The notes under the pieces were generated by a model that ran no database searches, was not told the origin of the DNA, and was given only the letters and a program-made list of their open reading frames with translations. A stretch of DNA of 64,000 nucleotides, taken from NCBI GenBank assembly GCA_013265495.1, contig MU058289.1, positions 1,795,451 to 1,859,450 of the forward strand, read 5' to 3'. Shown piece by piece: positions 41,392 to 54,845 of this stretch. Positions within the stretch are counted from its first letter, which is position 1, and each line of letters starts with the position of its first letter. The position numbers and the translations under genes are program-made. The stretch is from Vicugna vicugna. Lineage: Eukaryota.

Positions 41392-44300
41392 ATTTAAATC
41401 AAACTAAATGAGTAGTAACAATAATAATATAACCATATACATTTATTCTGCTATTTTTCTATATATTTCTAAAAAACTAATTTGAGATATTTAGAAATAA
41501 GGCATGCTGTTTGTAGCCAATTATTTGTGGTGTGTGGTTAAATTCACTGCTAAAGGGGCCGCAGTTCTATTAAGGAGGACGTCGGGAGGCTGGGTCAGGG
41601 GGAGTCGGAGGAAATCTGAGAGGAAAAGGACCCCACTTCCGAAAGAAACGGCAGTGGAGGCAGGCAGACGGGTTTTGTTTTAAGTGTTCAGGCAAACACT
41701 CCTTTTGAAAAAAATGGATTCTGTAATTTGTTATATTAATGATATTCTTTAAATTATTACTCAAAATGCCATCCAAGTGAATGGTAAGGTAGAATCCGTT
41801 TTGTCCTTCCCTTTATCTGTGGACTTCATTTTAAAATCACTTTATTTTTCAGCACCTTGGTTTTGTTGTTTTTGCCAGGAAGCAACTTTTTTGTTCGACA
41901 GTGCAGAATAGAAATAAAGATGCTTTAAAAAAATTCTTTCAAGCACAAAAGGAGATGGTTTTCGACAGATAATTTTACATATTTACATATTTTACCTTAA
42001 GCATTTCGTAGTCTCTGCCTACTGGTGAATGGATCAGATTTTTACACTCTCTCAAAATGAACCAGTTTGGCTTCTAAGCCATTGCAAAGGACGGAAATGA
42101 ATTCTAACTTTTTTTTTCCACTTCATTTTCGCATCTTCACATTTCCTTATTTCACATGGTTTAAAATAAAATGCCTCCAGCATTATTTTTCCTTTCTCAA
42201 GAGCAAAGTGAATGTGACTTTTCGGAGGGGTCACAGGATGCCCTGGGGGCCTGTGGGTGTTGTTGGACCGCTGCCTGCTTTCAGCTTGACTGAAGGGCTT
42301 GTCAGAGTTTTCATCTCCTAAGAAACAAGCCGCCGGCGCTGGCCAGAAGCAGGGGAAGGCAGCAGTCTGAGTCCCACGCTGGTTCTTTCCCACTGACATC
42401 AAATCCTGAGGTTTTAAAATTAATCCCACACAAAGACAGACCTTCATTGTGGTGCCTGTTTGAAATTAGACGAGCAATTATGACCTTTCTAAGATGTCTC
42501 GTTGTTAAGATAGCCCCCTGTTGAAACTGAAAGGCTACCAAGGGGCACCCCACCCACCCCCAGGGTGGGTGAGATGCCCCAGCAGTCGGGTCAAGGTGAC
42601 CGCCTGGCCTGGCCAGGGGTGCTGCCGGGTGGCAGGAAGTGGCCGCTAGCCCAGATGGCCAGGCTGCCTCGGGCCCCTACGACCTGGGGCCACGTTGCTT
42701 CCCAGGTCTGAGCCGCTGACTGTCCCCGGCTGAGAACTGTTCTCACCTCTGGGTCAAACAGATTCTAACTAGTATTTTTGTTAAAGGGGACGGGAGACAT
42801 AAAGGGACTGAAACTGAACATTAGCAAAGACAGTAGTTATCCCTTCAAGGAGGAGAGGCTCCAAGGGATACAGAATGGGGAGCTCGTGGTCCTCAGCTGA
42901 ACCCCCGCTGGACCCCCGCTGGACCCCACTTGTCTTGGCCCTTTTGTGTGGGGACTTTTCTTCCCCATAGCACCGTGGCCAGGCCAGGACATGGCTGGAG
43001 TCGAGTGCTGGCCACCAAATGGGCCAGCCCAGGTTCTGGCAGCAGACTCTGCCCTCTGAATAGGGGCAGCGCGGCTGCCTCTCTGCTGGGCACCTGGGCA
43101 CTGGGTGCTCATCCACCAGTTCTTCGCAGAGCAACTACGGGCTCTTCGGAGGGCAACTAAGAAATCACTGCGCACGGAGAACAAACTTGAACAGCAGCAT
43201 CCCTGCACAGTAACAGAGACGGAGGCGTGTTCAGCGCTTATGTGGTTTGAATGTGACCTTCTTACCAGACTAGACCGGAATAACAGTTTAGTAATTTTTG
43301 ATAACTGCTTTGCTTCTAAATAATTAGATATTGTAATCATTCCCATCAGTGACTCCATTCGGAGCCCTGTTTCAGTTAAACTGGTCATTGTGCCACCGTG
43401 GCCTGCATGGAGGTCTTGGTCTTTAGAAATAGAAAGTACTTGTTAAGTAATCTGTTATCTGTGCTGCCCACCACAAGCTCTGCTGTATTTTTCCCGGTGT
43501 TCCTATTTGGAGAAGGATTGTGTGGTGTTGAATTTTGAGATTCCTAGTGTCCTCTGCAAAGCTTTTTTTTATCTCATTTGAGTTGCTTCTTTTAACCCTT
43601 GGCAGTGCTTTTGAAGAGAAGAGGCACATGAAGACAGGCTGAGTATTTTGTAAACAACCAAAGCTGATTTATCAAAAGAGCGCTTTTTTCCCAGTGTAAT
43701 GGTCTCTGTCAAACTTCTCTCTCTATTCTGAGTGCTGGAGAACAGGGCTGGGTCTGGTCTTCGCATTCAGCAAGTTAGAATGACGCCTCCTTCTCTGTTT
43801 TAATATATTTCACCTCTCTCAGGCAGACGGATCAGAAGCTCAGAAGGAAAACCGATGCCCTTTCCCGCAGCGAAATTAACCAGAATCACGTGGAAAACAA
43901 TCCAAGCCTTGTAGGAAAGGGGAGCCATTAAAATGTGCCCTGAGCGATGGGCTGCACCCAATCTCGCAGCCTGGCTCACTCGGCGGCAGCAGACAGGAGG
44001 CTGCTCCCCGGGATGGAGGGAGCCTTGTTGCAGTGCCACAATTAAAATCAGCTCCTCTGCCAAAAAATAAAAGGGAGGAGGGAAGAAGGAGAACATCAAA
44101 GACAGATTGAAATGTGTAGTTAGTAATAAGAGTGGTCTCCTCTTGAACCAAAGCCTGCAGCAATTCACGGCCCCCTTGTTAATGAGAAATTTTGACCTCT
44201 GGTTTGTAAGTTAAACTTGTAATCCCAGCTAATGAAGTAAATCACTTCCAACTTGAGTCTGTTGTTCCCCGTCTGCTGTGCACACTGGGTCTGAGAGTGA

Positions 44301-47300
44301 GGATCCAGGTCTACACACACACACAGATTGAGGGGAAATAGAATTATTCGATGATGGCAGAGTTTCTTTGCCTGCTGAGGATGTGCTGGTGGCAGGGCTG
44401 CAGGCACAGATTGTGGACCTTTCGGTTATTTTCTTGTAACCTGTGTGTTGATAACGGACAGAGACTGTTAGACTCTGGGTTGAACAGCAGGATTGAATGA
44501 CACTGCAGGGAGGTAAGCCGGGGACCCCCCATGCCACAGTTCTTCATTTCTTCAGCAAATGGAAATGCATCTTACTCAGGTCCAGGCCAACCACCGAGCC
44601 TACAGTCCAGTGCTTTGCAAATGGTAGAAGTCGATGCGTATTTGCTGAAGAATTGCTGCCGATTGAAGGAAAGACTATTTGGGTGATGTGGAGCTTGGAG
44701 GAAAGAGAGCGCCGCTCAGGAATGTGAGCCCGAGAAAGGCAGGGCTGAGGGTCTGTGAGCTGCCTGACTTCCGGTGGCAGTGGCGCTGAGCCTTGGTGCG
44801 GAGAAGAGCCATTGTGTGAAACTAGATACAGCTGGGACGCTGAGGGGCTTTCTTCTTAGAGTGACAGATTGTAGCTGAGAGAAACGGGCTCGAACATCAC
44901 CCAGTTTTAATTGCATGAGGGCCAGAGGAGGTAGCAGGCTATTGTTTTGTCGAAAAGGGATTTCACTCAGAGAGCTGTTGACCTTCTGTTGGACACTTGG
45001 AGGGCCCTTAGTTTTATTCGAGTCGGTGACAGATCATGGTCTAGTCCTCCTGGCTAGTCTAAATTCTCTAAAATTTTCCAGATTATTTTGCAAGTTATCT
45101 AAGCTTCTGATTGGGCCACAATATTAATTTTTTTTTGGCCAGAATTCAACTCAGCCACCAGTTGGCATAGTGACCGTAGTGACTTTGGTGCATGAGCTGC
45201 CAGAGGTGACTCTTCTGGTCTTTGGAAAATGTTATCCCTCCCCCTCAAGTAGAGGATGCCTTTTCTGGAGTTCAGGCCACCATCCTCCAACCTGGGCCAG
45301 CTGCACCAGTGGTGGAGAGGTCAGCACCCAGAACCTGCTGGGACCACAAGGAATCAGTGGGAGCCCCCGTGGGTCAGGGGGGGAGCACTGCCCACCCTCT
45401 CTGCAGGCAGGATCTCTGTAGCAAAATCCCACAATGGCAAATGGCCTTTGTTCGGAAAATTTGGGGCAGCTGGCCCCTTTTTCCCTTCTCACTTCTGTGG
45501 GACATCCTTGTCCCTCTCCTATCCCTTGGTGAGCATCAGCCTAAAAGGGTTCTGAAAAATTCAAGCTCTCTAGGCAGAAGGAGGGGGTTAGGAGGAAGGA
45601 TGTTTTTAAACCATCGATTCCTATTATTTCTGTTGAAGGACACTCAGACCTAGTCTCCTTGTGTCTCTCTGGTTTTTCATGAGACAAAGCAAAGCATTTG
45701 GGCATTTGTCCTGTTTGTATGACCCTGCAGAGAGCTCGGGGGTGAGTCCCCAGGCAGGAAAAGTCACTGACCGGTGTCTGAAAATCTGAGGACGTCTGGA
45801 GCCCGAGGCTGGGTGTTCAGATCTACTACAAACAAGAGAGCGTTACACGTAAAGTGATTTGAATAATCTAATTTTTCCTCTAAATGTGAGCAGGTATAAA
45901 ATATTAATTTCGTCAACAAGTGGAGAAAATGCCACCGTTAATCTGTTCTCCGATGGCCTACCTGATGTGGGGAGAGGCCTGTAGAGGGGGCCGTGAACGT
46001 AATCATGGTTTATTAGCTACACAAGCTTTTTCCTTTGTTTCTTTTCATTTAATTCAAAGTGAAACAACTCAGCATGCAAAACTAAAATTAGCTGGGAAAA
46101 AAGGTGTAAGTGAATAAACAGGCAGATCCATTAGAGTCGATGGGTTATCGGATCCCTTGCCACTCCTCAGACAGCGGCCTATTAAAAGTGGTAATGTTCG
46201 CTGCCGGCGGGGCCCCCGGCAAAGAAAGAAGGCCGAGGCAGGCCTATTTCACATGCATCAGACACAAGAATTAAATAGACCAATGTTCCCTAAAAGACTG
46301 AAGTACATCTCTTTCTGACGTTCATCTCAGGCAAAAATTCATTGATCTCAGTATGTCCCTTGGCAATTATAAAATATTAAATCCAAGTCACACTTTTCTA
46401 GTTGGCTTAATTTTTTCTCTTTTCACAGCTTTCTATTTGATCAATTTTAACAAGTTAGGAAGAGCATCTAATAATAAAAAGTGCAGAGTTTAAAAGTTTG
46501 TTCTTTTGCCACTCTTTTCTTTTCTTTTTTCAAATTTTGTTTTGGGGTTTGCATTCACTTTGTGTTATGTAAAATGACTTGAATGCTGTTTTAACAAACA
46601 GAAAGAACATGAGTGAGCCAGAAGGTTCTTTATTGAGAATGATACTCATTAGTAGGCATCCAGTGATAAGGACAGGCTGATTTAAAGATTTTTTTTTTTT
46701 TTTAAGCACATGCCCAAACAGCCTTCTCATTGTTTTGTAGTCATTAATGTTCCCCTATTCCAAAATTACCATGCGGTTTCAGCTGGGAGTATGTGGTGGG
46801 GCTAGAGATTTGACTATGTTCCACCGAGATTTACAAAAGATGCATATCCCTTTCCCCATTTTTATGCATATGTAATTTTTCAGCGTTTGATGTTTGTTAA
46901 TTCAGAATATAACATAAATGCTGGCATAGATACACATGAATAAAAATGCAGAATTTGGGGAGCCCATTTTCATTAGACTATCAGTATGGGAATTATTGGA
47001 GGGAGAAACGTTGCATAATAGTAACTTTATTCTCCAATTTTTGCCATAAACTATGAGAACTTTCCCCCTAAATGTATAATTTATAATATATAGAATCATT
47101 TAATGTAACATAATAAATTCTTCTGAAATAAAATCTTGTTATGATCTTCTCCCTACATTTAAATTTTCCTATGGGAAAAATTATTCATTAGTTGTCCACT
47201 TTTTACCAATTCCTTTGTTAGAAACTTTTTTTGTATTAATGTAATTTAATTCTTATCATAAACCCATGAGGTCAGGTAAGAGGTACAAGGGGCTCTTGAT

Positions 47301-48949
47301 TGTCTAGCAACTTCCCTTTCTGGCCAGCCAGGCCCGTATCTCTTGGGTTTTTGCAGCAGGATCAGAGAGAGGGAGAGAAGGCCGCAGAGGAGAGGGAGAA
47401 GCCTAGGGGACGGTGTTGAGGAATATTGAAGAGACGGACCCACTGCGGTACGCCAGGGAGAAAGCAGGAGTGAAGAGATGGTTCAGCAGGGGTGCTGTGA
47501 TCTATGTGTCTCCTTCAGACTGTTTGAGAAATGTCAGGGTTGAATTGGCTCACTTTGAAATGATGTTTCCGTTGGTAGATTGTGCTTCTTTGTCTGAGAC
47601 GCTGCCCTGAGACTGGGCCACATGGGTGATGGCCTTATAATTACTAAGGTTGTTTTGAATGCCCAGTTGCAAACCATGTTTCAAATAGAATTCAACAAAG
47701 AGTTGGAGACAAGAAGGCTCTGAGCCTGGTGGCTTCTGGGCTCCTAATAGGCTTTGCCTGGATCTCTAAAGGAGGCATCAGATGCAGAATTTTCTGCACG
47801 GTCTCTTTGTGGCTGCCTTGTCATTCTCCTCCTGTGCCTGCTTTTCCTTCATGCCCTGTGCCTCCTCCTCTGTCTCCCCATGCAGTGATGATGCGTAGCA
47901 TTTCCCTCTCAGAGACCGCAAGAGGAGATGGTTAGTGCCCTGGGGCCCACACTGTGCTGTGAGCCACCTCTTAGAGTGCTCCAAGCATTGCTGAGCCTCC
48001 TGTGGGGCCCGGAGCCCAGGGCCAGCAGTGTGTACAACCGTGGCTGGCTCACCCATCTCTGTGATGTCCCCTCTCTGAGTCACTAGCCCTCTTTAAGGTC
48101 TGCTCCCTCCTGTGTCTGCTGGGACCTCTTTTATCACCCCAGCACTTAAAACATGACTTGACACAGAACAGGTGTCCAGGAAGGATCTCTCGAGCAGAAG
48201 GATGGATGGGTGGGTGGATGGATGGACGGACAGACTGGAGGATAGTTGAGAGTATCTCACAAACTCAAGTCAGGAACTGAATAGGCTGCTTCTCCAAGGA
48301 GCACCAGCATTTCCTGAAAGACCTAGGACGGATGCTACACACACAGGAGAATAGTACCCCAAATCAGGGTTCCCAAAAGTGAGCTCCTCCCACTCAAGAC
48401 CTACTCAGTCAGAAATGTGTCTCTTCAATATGTGCTACAGGGGAGTCTAGTGCGCTCCAGTATCTGAGAACCTCTGCTTTTCTAAAGTCAGGATTTCAGG
48501 AGTACGGGTGCTGATCTGCTGGAAGTGGAGTGGAAACTCTTCCCTGGTCTCAGCAGCTAAAACCTCCTGTACCACCTACTATTTGCCGGGCCAAGGCTGC
48601 CTGAGGATCCCCCCAGCCTCCTGGACACGAGGTGCCCTCCCTACCACCAGGCAGAGGCTACGGTCCCACAGCCCCTAACCCATCTCTCTCAGCAGCAGGC
48701 TTCCTCCTCGTGCCCTGGTATCAGGGTGGACCTTTGCAGCTTTGCCCTATGCTCCCCGCATTAAGCTCCTCGGGTCCCAGGGAACCTTGTGTGGTGAGAG
48801 GCCCCAGGCCCTCTGCATCAGGGGTAGCTTTGAGCTTGTCCAGTTCCCCCAGAGGAGGGAGCCTAGACCCTCCTTCTGGGATTTTATCCCCTCTGGGAGG
48901 AGTTCCTGGGATATAGCAGCTGTCAGTGTGGGAACAACAAAGCTGTTTC

Positions 48950-49090
48950 TTCTTAGGTGGAGCCTCAGTCATCTCATCTGTAAACTGGGGTAAAAATAAC
49001 AACCTCCTTGCCTCACTCTCTGGGCTGCTTGGCTGCTTCAGACACCGCATGAACACGAGAGGCCTTTGCAAGTCTTAAAATGCACACACA
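48950..49090 (+). mobile_element. MIR SINE core
   Basis: gagcctcagtcatctcatctgtaaactggggtaaaaata. Confidence 0.65.
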
Positions 49091-52000
49091 AAGGCTCTGT
49101 GCATGTCCACATTTTAACCTGGAATCCTGAAGTGTATCTGGGGTGATTTCCTTCTACCAGTGGTGGAACAGTGAGTAGGCTCTCCTCCTCCCCAGATCTG
49201 AACCCCTGTGTGCCTTGGGGGAGAAAAGTGCCTCTTGAAGATCTGTGTGCAGTGAAATTTTGCACAGGCTTTGAGAGTTGCGGCATCTCCTCACAAACCC
49301 CTTCTCCAGTTTAAATGTTCGTGTCTCTTGTTCTGTTAGGAATTTGACCTGGTTTGTGATCATTGCACCCAAGTATCTGGAAAATACAGCAGTGGCCAGT
49401 GTCTATGAATTGACTGTTTTTGGTGTGCATGCATGCACATGCCTCTGTGAGTGTGTGTGTGTGTTTGTAATGTATATTCGAGGTAGGCAAAACGGTTTAC
49501 ATATTCCCAGCCCATGTTAACACGACGTTCTTTCCTGAACATAACATGTTTCGGAAAATTCCCAAATCTTTCACTCTGAGACTCAACGATACCGTTATTA
49601 AAATGGTTCTGTTTAAAGAACACTTTGGTGAACTTTATTTCCTTTTTAACAACATACTCATTTTAAAGGTCATGGTGTTGAGTTGCTGGCGCAGTGACCT
49701 AAGAATAACCTTTCCCTGCTACCTGCTTTTCTGATCTGTGGTGTTGGCATTCGGAAATGCTCTTTCCCTTGGAGTTTCAGCAGCTAAATAAGTTGCAGCC
49801 CCTTCAGCTATACTCATAAAAATTTGCTTCCAGACAACATGGTCTGTTTATTGTGTAATAATCGAAATGGCACTAAATTGCAGTGATTGCCGAACACTTA
49901 GGAATTGTATTAACCTCTTAAGTGCTAAGCGGTTCCTGTCATCTCCCCACTCAGACAAGCAGCCCCATCGTGTTTCTGTCGCTGTGCTTCCCTTGGTCAG
50001 TGTCATGGGGGCAGCAAGTGTCCTCAAGCCCAAATCTTGCCCTGGGAGCAGGCTGGACCCTGCTCGCACCACACTAACCAGAGGAGAGTCCAGCCTGGCC
50101 TGTGGCAGAGACAATAAGCTGCCCCTGCCGGGGATCTCAAGAGGCTGGATTGGCCAGTCTTGGCCCGCAGGGTCCCACTTCCGTCCCCTGGCTTCAGCTG
50201 TGTTGTGTGTTTTATGACAGTTGCTTTATAGCTCAGTTTGCGAATCGATTCTCCAAAGAGCAAAGGGAAAGGCTGGTCTCTCTGCCGGAGCCGCCACCTT
50301 TGAGAAGCTGCGCCTAGCTGGGAGAGCCCGGGCTGCCCTGCAGGAGGCCGGGGGGGCTGTGGCCTTGGCATCCCTGGGCCTTGCCCGCCAGCCGCCAGCC
50401 CTGTCCGCGCTGCTCCTGCGAGTGGCAGGCCCGGGAAGGAAGAGTTAACCAGAAATGGAGCGGCGCTGCTCCGGGGCAGGCAGCCTCGCTGCAGAACAGA
50501 GCAGCGTTCGTGCAAAGGCAAGTCATTTCCCGAAACACTGCAGACACACGGCCTCGGGCAGCCTAAAACCTTTGGAGACCAAAATGGCTCGCAGGGGTTG
50601 GAAGTAATAAGGTGCTTTTCCCTTCTTTCTCCTTCACTGAAATTCTGCGAGGTTGCTCTGCATGGCCGGGGAACAATGGTGCTGTTTTTGTGTTTTCCAT
50701 GGGTATTAAGATCCATTACGCGGTGACATTTTTAAGATTGGTTATCCTGTAGTTTGGTGTTAAATTGAAGTTGTTTGTTTTGAATTTAATTCTTTCATTT
50801 TTCAAATGGAAAAAAGGCAGCCGTGCGGTGCGGTGAGGCTGGCTCGCTGAAGTGTGCCCGTTCTCGTTCTGGGGCCAATCTCTTCGCCACCCCCGGACCT
50901 CGGCAGAATTAGCCATGAAAGAACATGACCTCTTTCTCAATTGGAAAGTCGGTAAGAATCCTTGGAGACGACTTTCGCAAACTAGGAACTAGGGGTCATC
51001 TCCCTTGTATCTTGAGAGAAACAGGATATGAGCTGGTTTTTAACACAATGTTAGACATCCAATCTGTTATGCCTAATGCAGCCTGCATATAATTATTACT
51101 AACTCTCTGTATTCGACAGCAGCAAAATCAGCTTCCATCCAACACATGACCCAGCAGCAGTGGGCCAGCCGCCTCTGAAATGACATCTGTTAACTCTTTG
51201 TCAAATGCCCTCTTGCTGTCCCTTTTCTCCCAAACAGCTCTGTGGTTAATTATGACTGGAGCATATGACACAGTCTTTCGAGTGGAGAGAACTGCTTAGG
51301 GGCAAGGAGAAATCTAGCTCTAGGAAATCCTCTTCTCTCTTCCTTAAAAAAAAAAAAAGCCATAGCAAATCGTTTTAAAATAAACATTCATTTGTAGCCC
51401 CAGAATAGTTTGTTGGAATATGTTTTGATTAAGCCCCAAGATTACAGGGTTACTGTATAGTATTGTGTCGAGAGGCCCAGCCCTTCATGGAAAAAAGAAT
51501 CACATCAAATTCTTGTCAAACCATAAAAAAGTTTCCATCAGAGGAACATGGGCGGCCTGGATGCCCGGGAGCCGGGAGCTGGCCCACGTCTCTGCCAACG
51601 TTATCAACTCCGTTAATGGTGAAAGGCAGTTTCATCTTCATTGGTCACTGGAACATGGAAAGACCAATCTGATAAACCAAAATTTAGGCCCAGCCCCAAC
51701 TAATGGAGTAAAGGGACGTCTACATCCTGCTGCCCGGGGTTCATGGGAGCTGGGTTTTTCCCCTGGAGCCCATGTGTAGTGGCTGGTTTTCAGTACTGGA
51801 CCTGATGTGGCCTCTGGGGGCCTCCTTACCTTCACCTTCTGTGAGGTGAGATCAAAACTGTGAGTCTCAGGCCTTCACTTCGGATCCATACATTGGCACC
51901 TATATATCGGCACGGGGCTGACCATGTGTCGATCTAATCTTCTGGGTCTCTGCTCTCTGCCTATTCATGGCCCTGGGTTTTTACTAAGTGTCTCCTGCTG

Positions 52001-52859
52001 TGGCAGCCCGCTAGCCTCTTTGTGGATGTTGTCCCACATCGGATCTTGTCCCACATCGCAGAGCCCTGGCCCTGGGTTATCCCTGGTCCCTCCTGTGGAC
52101 AGCATCTCCCCTGAGTGATTGATAAACTGCTTCATGTCACCCCCTGCTTGCTTCGGGGTTTTGAGACCTTGATCCTGGGAAAGGAAGTTGAAGGAGCTGC
52201 TTAGCAGTCAAACCCCTCACACCCAGACCCTCTGCCTGCCGTATGCTACAGAGGACAGGCTGTTGAAGCTACCTTGCCAGCCTCCTTTCCCAAGACACCC
52301 CATCCTGCCTGCCCAGGACACAGGTGGGGTGCGGACTCGCGTTAGGAGGGACCCTGAAATGTGAGTCCTGGCCAGTCCTGAGGCCAGAGCCCTTCTCTGC
52401 CACATCCACAGGGCTGAGGCTTTGGGCCTGAGATGCAGGACCCCAAGTTTCCTTTTAGACTCTGTCCTGGGGATGCACATGTGGATTAAATTAGGGCAAT
52501 ATGTTTTTCTAACAGCATCTTGGCTGAAAAGCCAAGCAGATAAATGGAAACAAACCCTGCTTTATGTGAATGAAAAGGGGCTGAGGGGGGAGCCAGTCCA
52601 GCCTGAAGCATCACAGCCGGCAGAGCTGCCCTCCTGGGCTCTCCCCACCCTCCCGCCTCCTCCTCCACCCCTGACTCCAGAAGTCCTCACCACAGGGCTC
52701 CTTCTGCCCCTCAGCACCCCTCACCAGGCCTCTGCCCTGGCCAAACCGGCTTCCTGCCCTTCTGCAAACCCCGGCCCTTGGCCGTGGCCGTCACCCAGGC
52801 TGTGCTCTCTGTGCAGGACCTTCTCTCCAGGTCCGGCACCGTGGTGAAGAGTACACATT

Positions 52860-53045
52860 CCCGAGTCACTGTGGGCATGGCCCTTACCTGCTCCACCTCA
52901 AGTCTCCTCACCTGTAAGTAGGGATGACGATGCTATGCCGCAGAGCTCAGGCAGGACTGAGGGAGTGATGCCCATGAAGCCCTTAGCGCGGCACCTGGGA
53001 TACAGCCAACACTTGTTGTGTGTTACCTCCATTGTTATTATTACC
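52860..53045 (+). mobile_element. MIR SINE
   Basis: ctcctcacctgtaagtagggatga...gcccttagcgcggcacctggga...ttgttattatt. Confidence 0.55.
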
Positions 53046-53994
53046 ACCACCTCTCAAACTCCTCCTGGCCTCAGGGCGCGCTTGTCTTTGCCCCCCTGAT
53101 CACCTCTGTTGGACAGGCCATTTCCTCCCTGTGGAGCTCCTTCTGCATCTCCATCGGCTGGCTTCACGCTGGCTGAAGGCAGGGAGCCCTGGGGGCAGGG
53201 GCCTTGTCAGGGTAGCAGCAGAGATGAAGATGGCAGGTATCTGGGTAACATTTGTTGGTAGTCTGGTTTGTGATGATGGGTTTCGTTGTTGGTTTTAATG
53301 AGAGGGAAGAGTTGGCCAAGCTCCCCCACAAAGGCGGCCTCTATCCATCACTCCTGGGCCCGCGCACAGGTCTCTCATGTGGAGCTGGTCCCCCAGCTCC
53401 CAGGGGAACAGGTGGTGACTTCCTAGCAGCTGAACGCTGGTCAGGAACTGATTAGCCCCTGGGTGACTCAAGAGTCCAGGAGAAGTGTTTTGTATTATTT
53501 TAAGCCACTCTGTTGTGTAAACACTTCCACGACTTTCACTAAAGTAGCCCCTCTTAGTATGAGAAGAGTGTTCGTGGATTCCTGACTTCTCCATGGCCTT
53601 CCTGACTCTCCCCAGCACCCACTGGCCGCTTCCCCACCAGAAAGCTTTCCTCGTCAGATGGCCCCACTCACCTGACATCCCCCGGGAGATCGTAATCTTT
53701 AAGAGGGAAGGGAAGGGTTTAGCCCCCAACTTGCACACCTGCCCCCAATGCCAAGGCACTTAAATGAGTTACAGATAAGGCACGTGCTTCGTAAATCTTG
53801 AGTGACTGATATCACTTAGGAATGCTGAACCCTCCTCTCCTCTCGGCCCTCACAGCATTTTGCTACCCAACACACCACTTTCTCGAAGGTAGGGACTGCA
53901 TGCAACCCCTCCTCGTCATCTTCCCAGTGCCTAGAACACAGCAGGTGTTGCATAAATTGATGCTAGGAATGAATGAGTAGAAGGAGATAGAGAG

Positions 53995-54845
53995 TGTGTG
54001 AGATAATTGAAAATACATACTGGTCTCTGTCTTTGGTGCCTGGCCCGGGGCTCCTGAAACCCTTGTAATTCCCTGGATGATTAAAGTGTCTTTTGTTCGA
54101 ATGAGGTGACTCTGGGGGGGCTCCTGGATGGCTCCTGGATGCTGGCTGGTCACTGGCAAGTCCAAGCCATGATTAGAAGCTTGGAATTTTCAGCCCTGCC
54201 TCCAATTCTCTTGAAAAGGAAGAAGGGCTGAGAAGAGAGTAAATGGTAGATCATGCCTACATGATGAAGCCTCCATAAAAGTCCCAAAAGTACAGGGTTC
54301 AGAGACCTTCCCGGTTGGTGAACACATCCACGTACCGGGAGGGTGAACCACCTTAACTCCCCAGGGACAGAAGCTCCTCTGCTTGGGACCCTCCCAGACC
54401 TCACCCTCTGTATCTCTACATCTGGCTGTTCATCTGTATCCTATATCATGTCCTTTTATGAACTGGTAAGTGTAAATAACTGTTTACCTGAGTACTGACA
54501 GCCGCTCTAGCAAATTAATCGAACCCAAGGAGGTGGTCGTGGGAGCCTCTGATTTACAGCTGATCCAGCGGAAGCTCAGGTGTAACCTGAACTTGTAACT
54601 GGCATCTGAAGTGGGGTGGGGGCCTTGTGAGACTGAGCCTGTCACCTATGGGATGTGATGCTATCTTGGGGTAGACATCAGAATTGAGTTAAATTGTAGG
54701 ACATCCAGCTGGTGTGGCAGAACTGCTTGGTGTGGGAACCCTCCCGCACGGACATCTGGTGACCAGAAGTGTTAGAAGGGAACTGTTCCATGTGAAAGTA
54801 AAGGAGAAAGACATGGGAGGAGGAAGGACTGAGTTTTCTTCTGGA
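53995..54845 (+). mobile_element. Solo ERV LTR (MER21-like)
   Basis: gctcctgaaacccttgtaattccct, ccaagccatgattagaagcttggaattttcagcc, gggacagaagctcct..gcttgggaccctcccagacctcaccct, tggcatctgaagtgggg; subfamily from recall. Confidence 0.75.

Noticed and set aside
47222..47281. 54-nt segment between ttag and CAG|GTAAGA
   Set aside because: Body is very T-rich and intron-like; no other support
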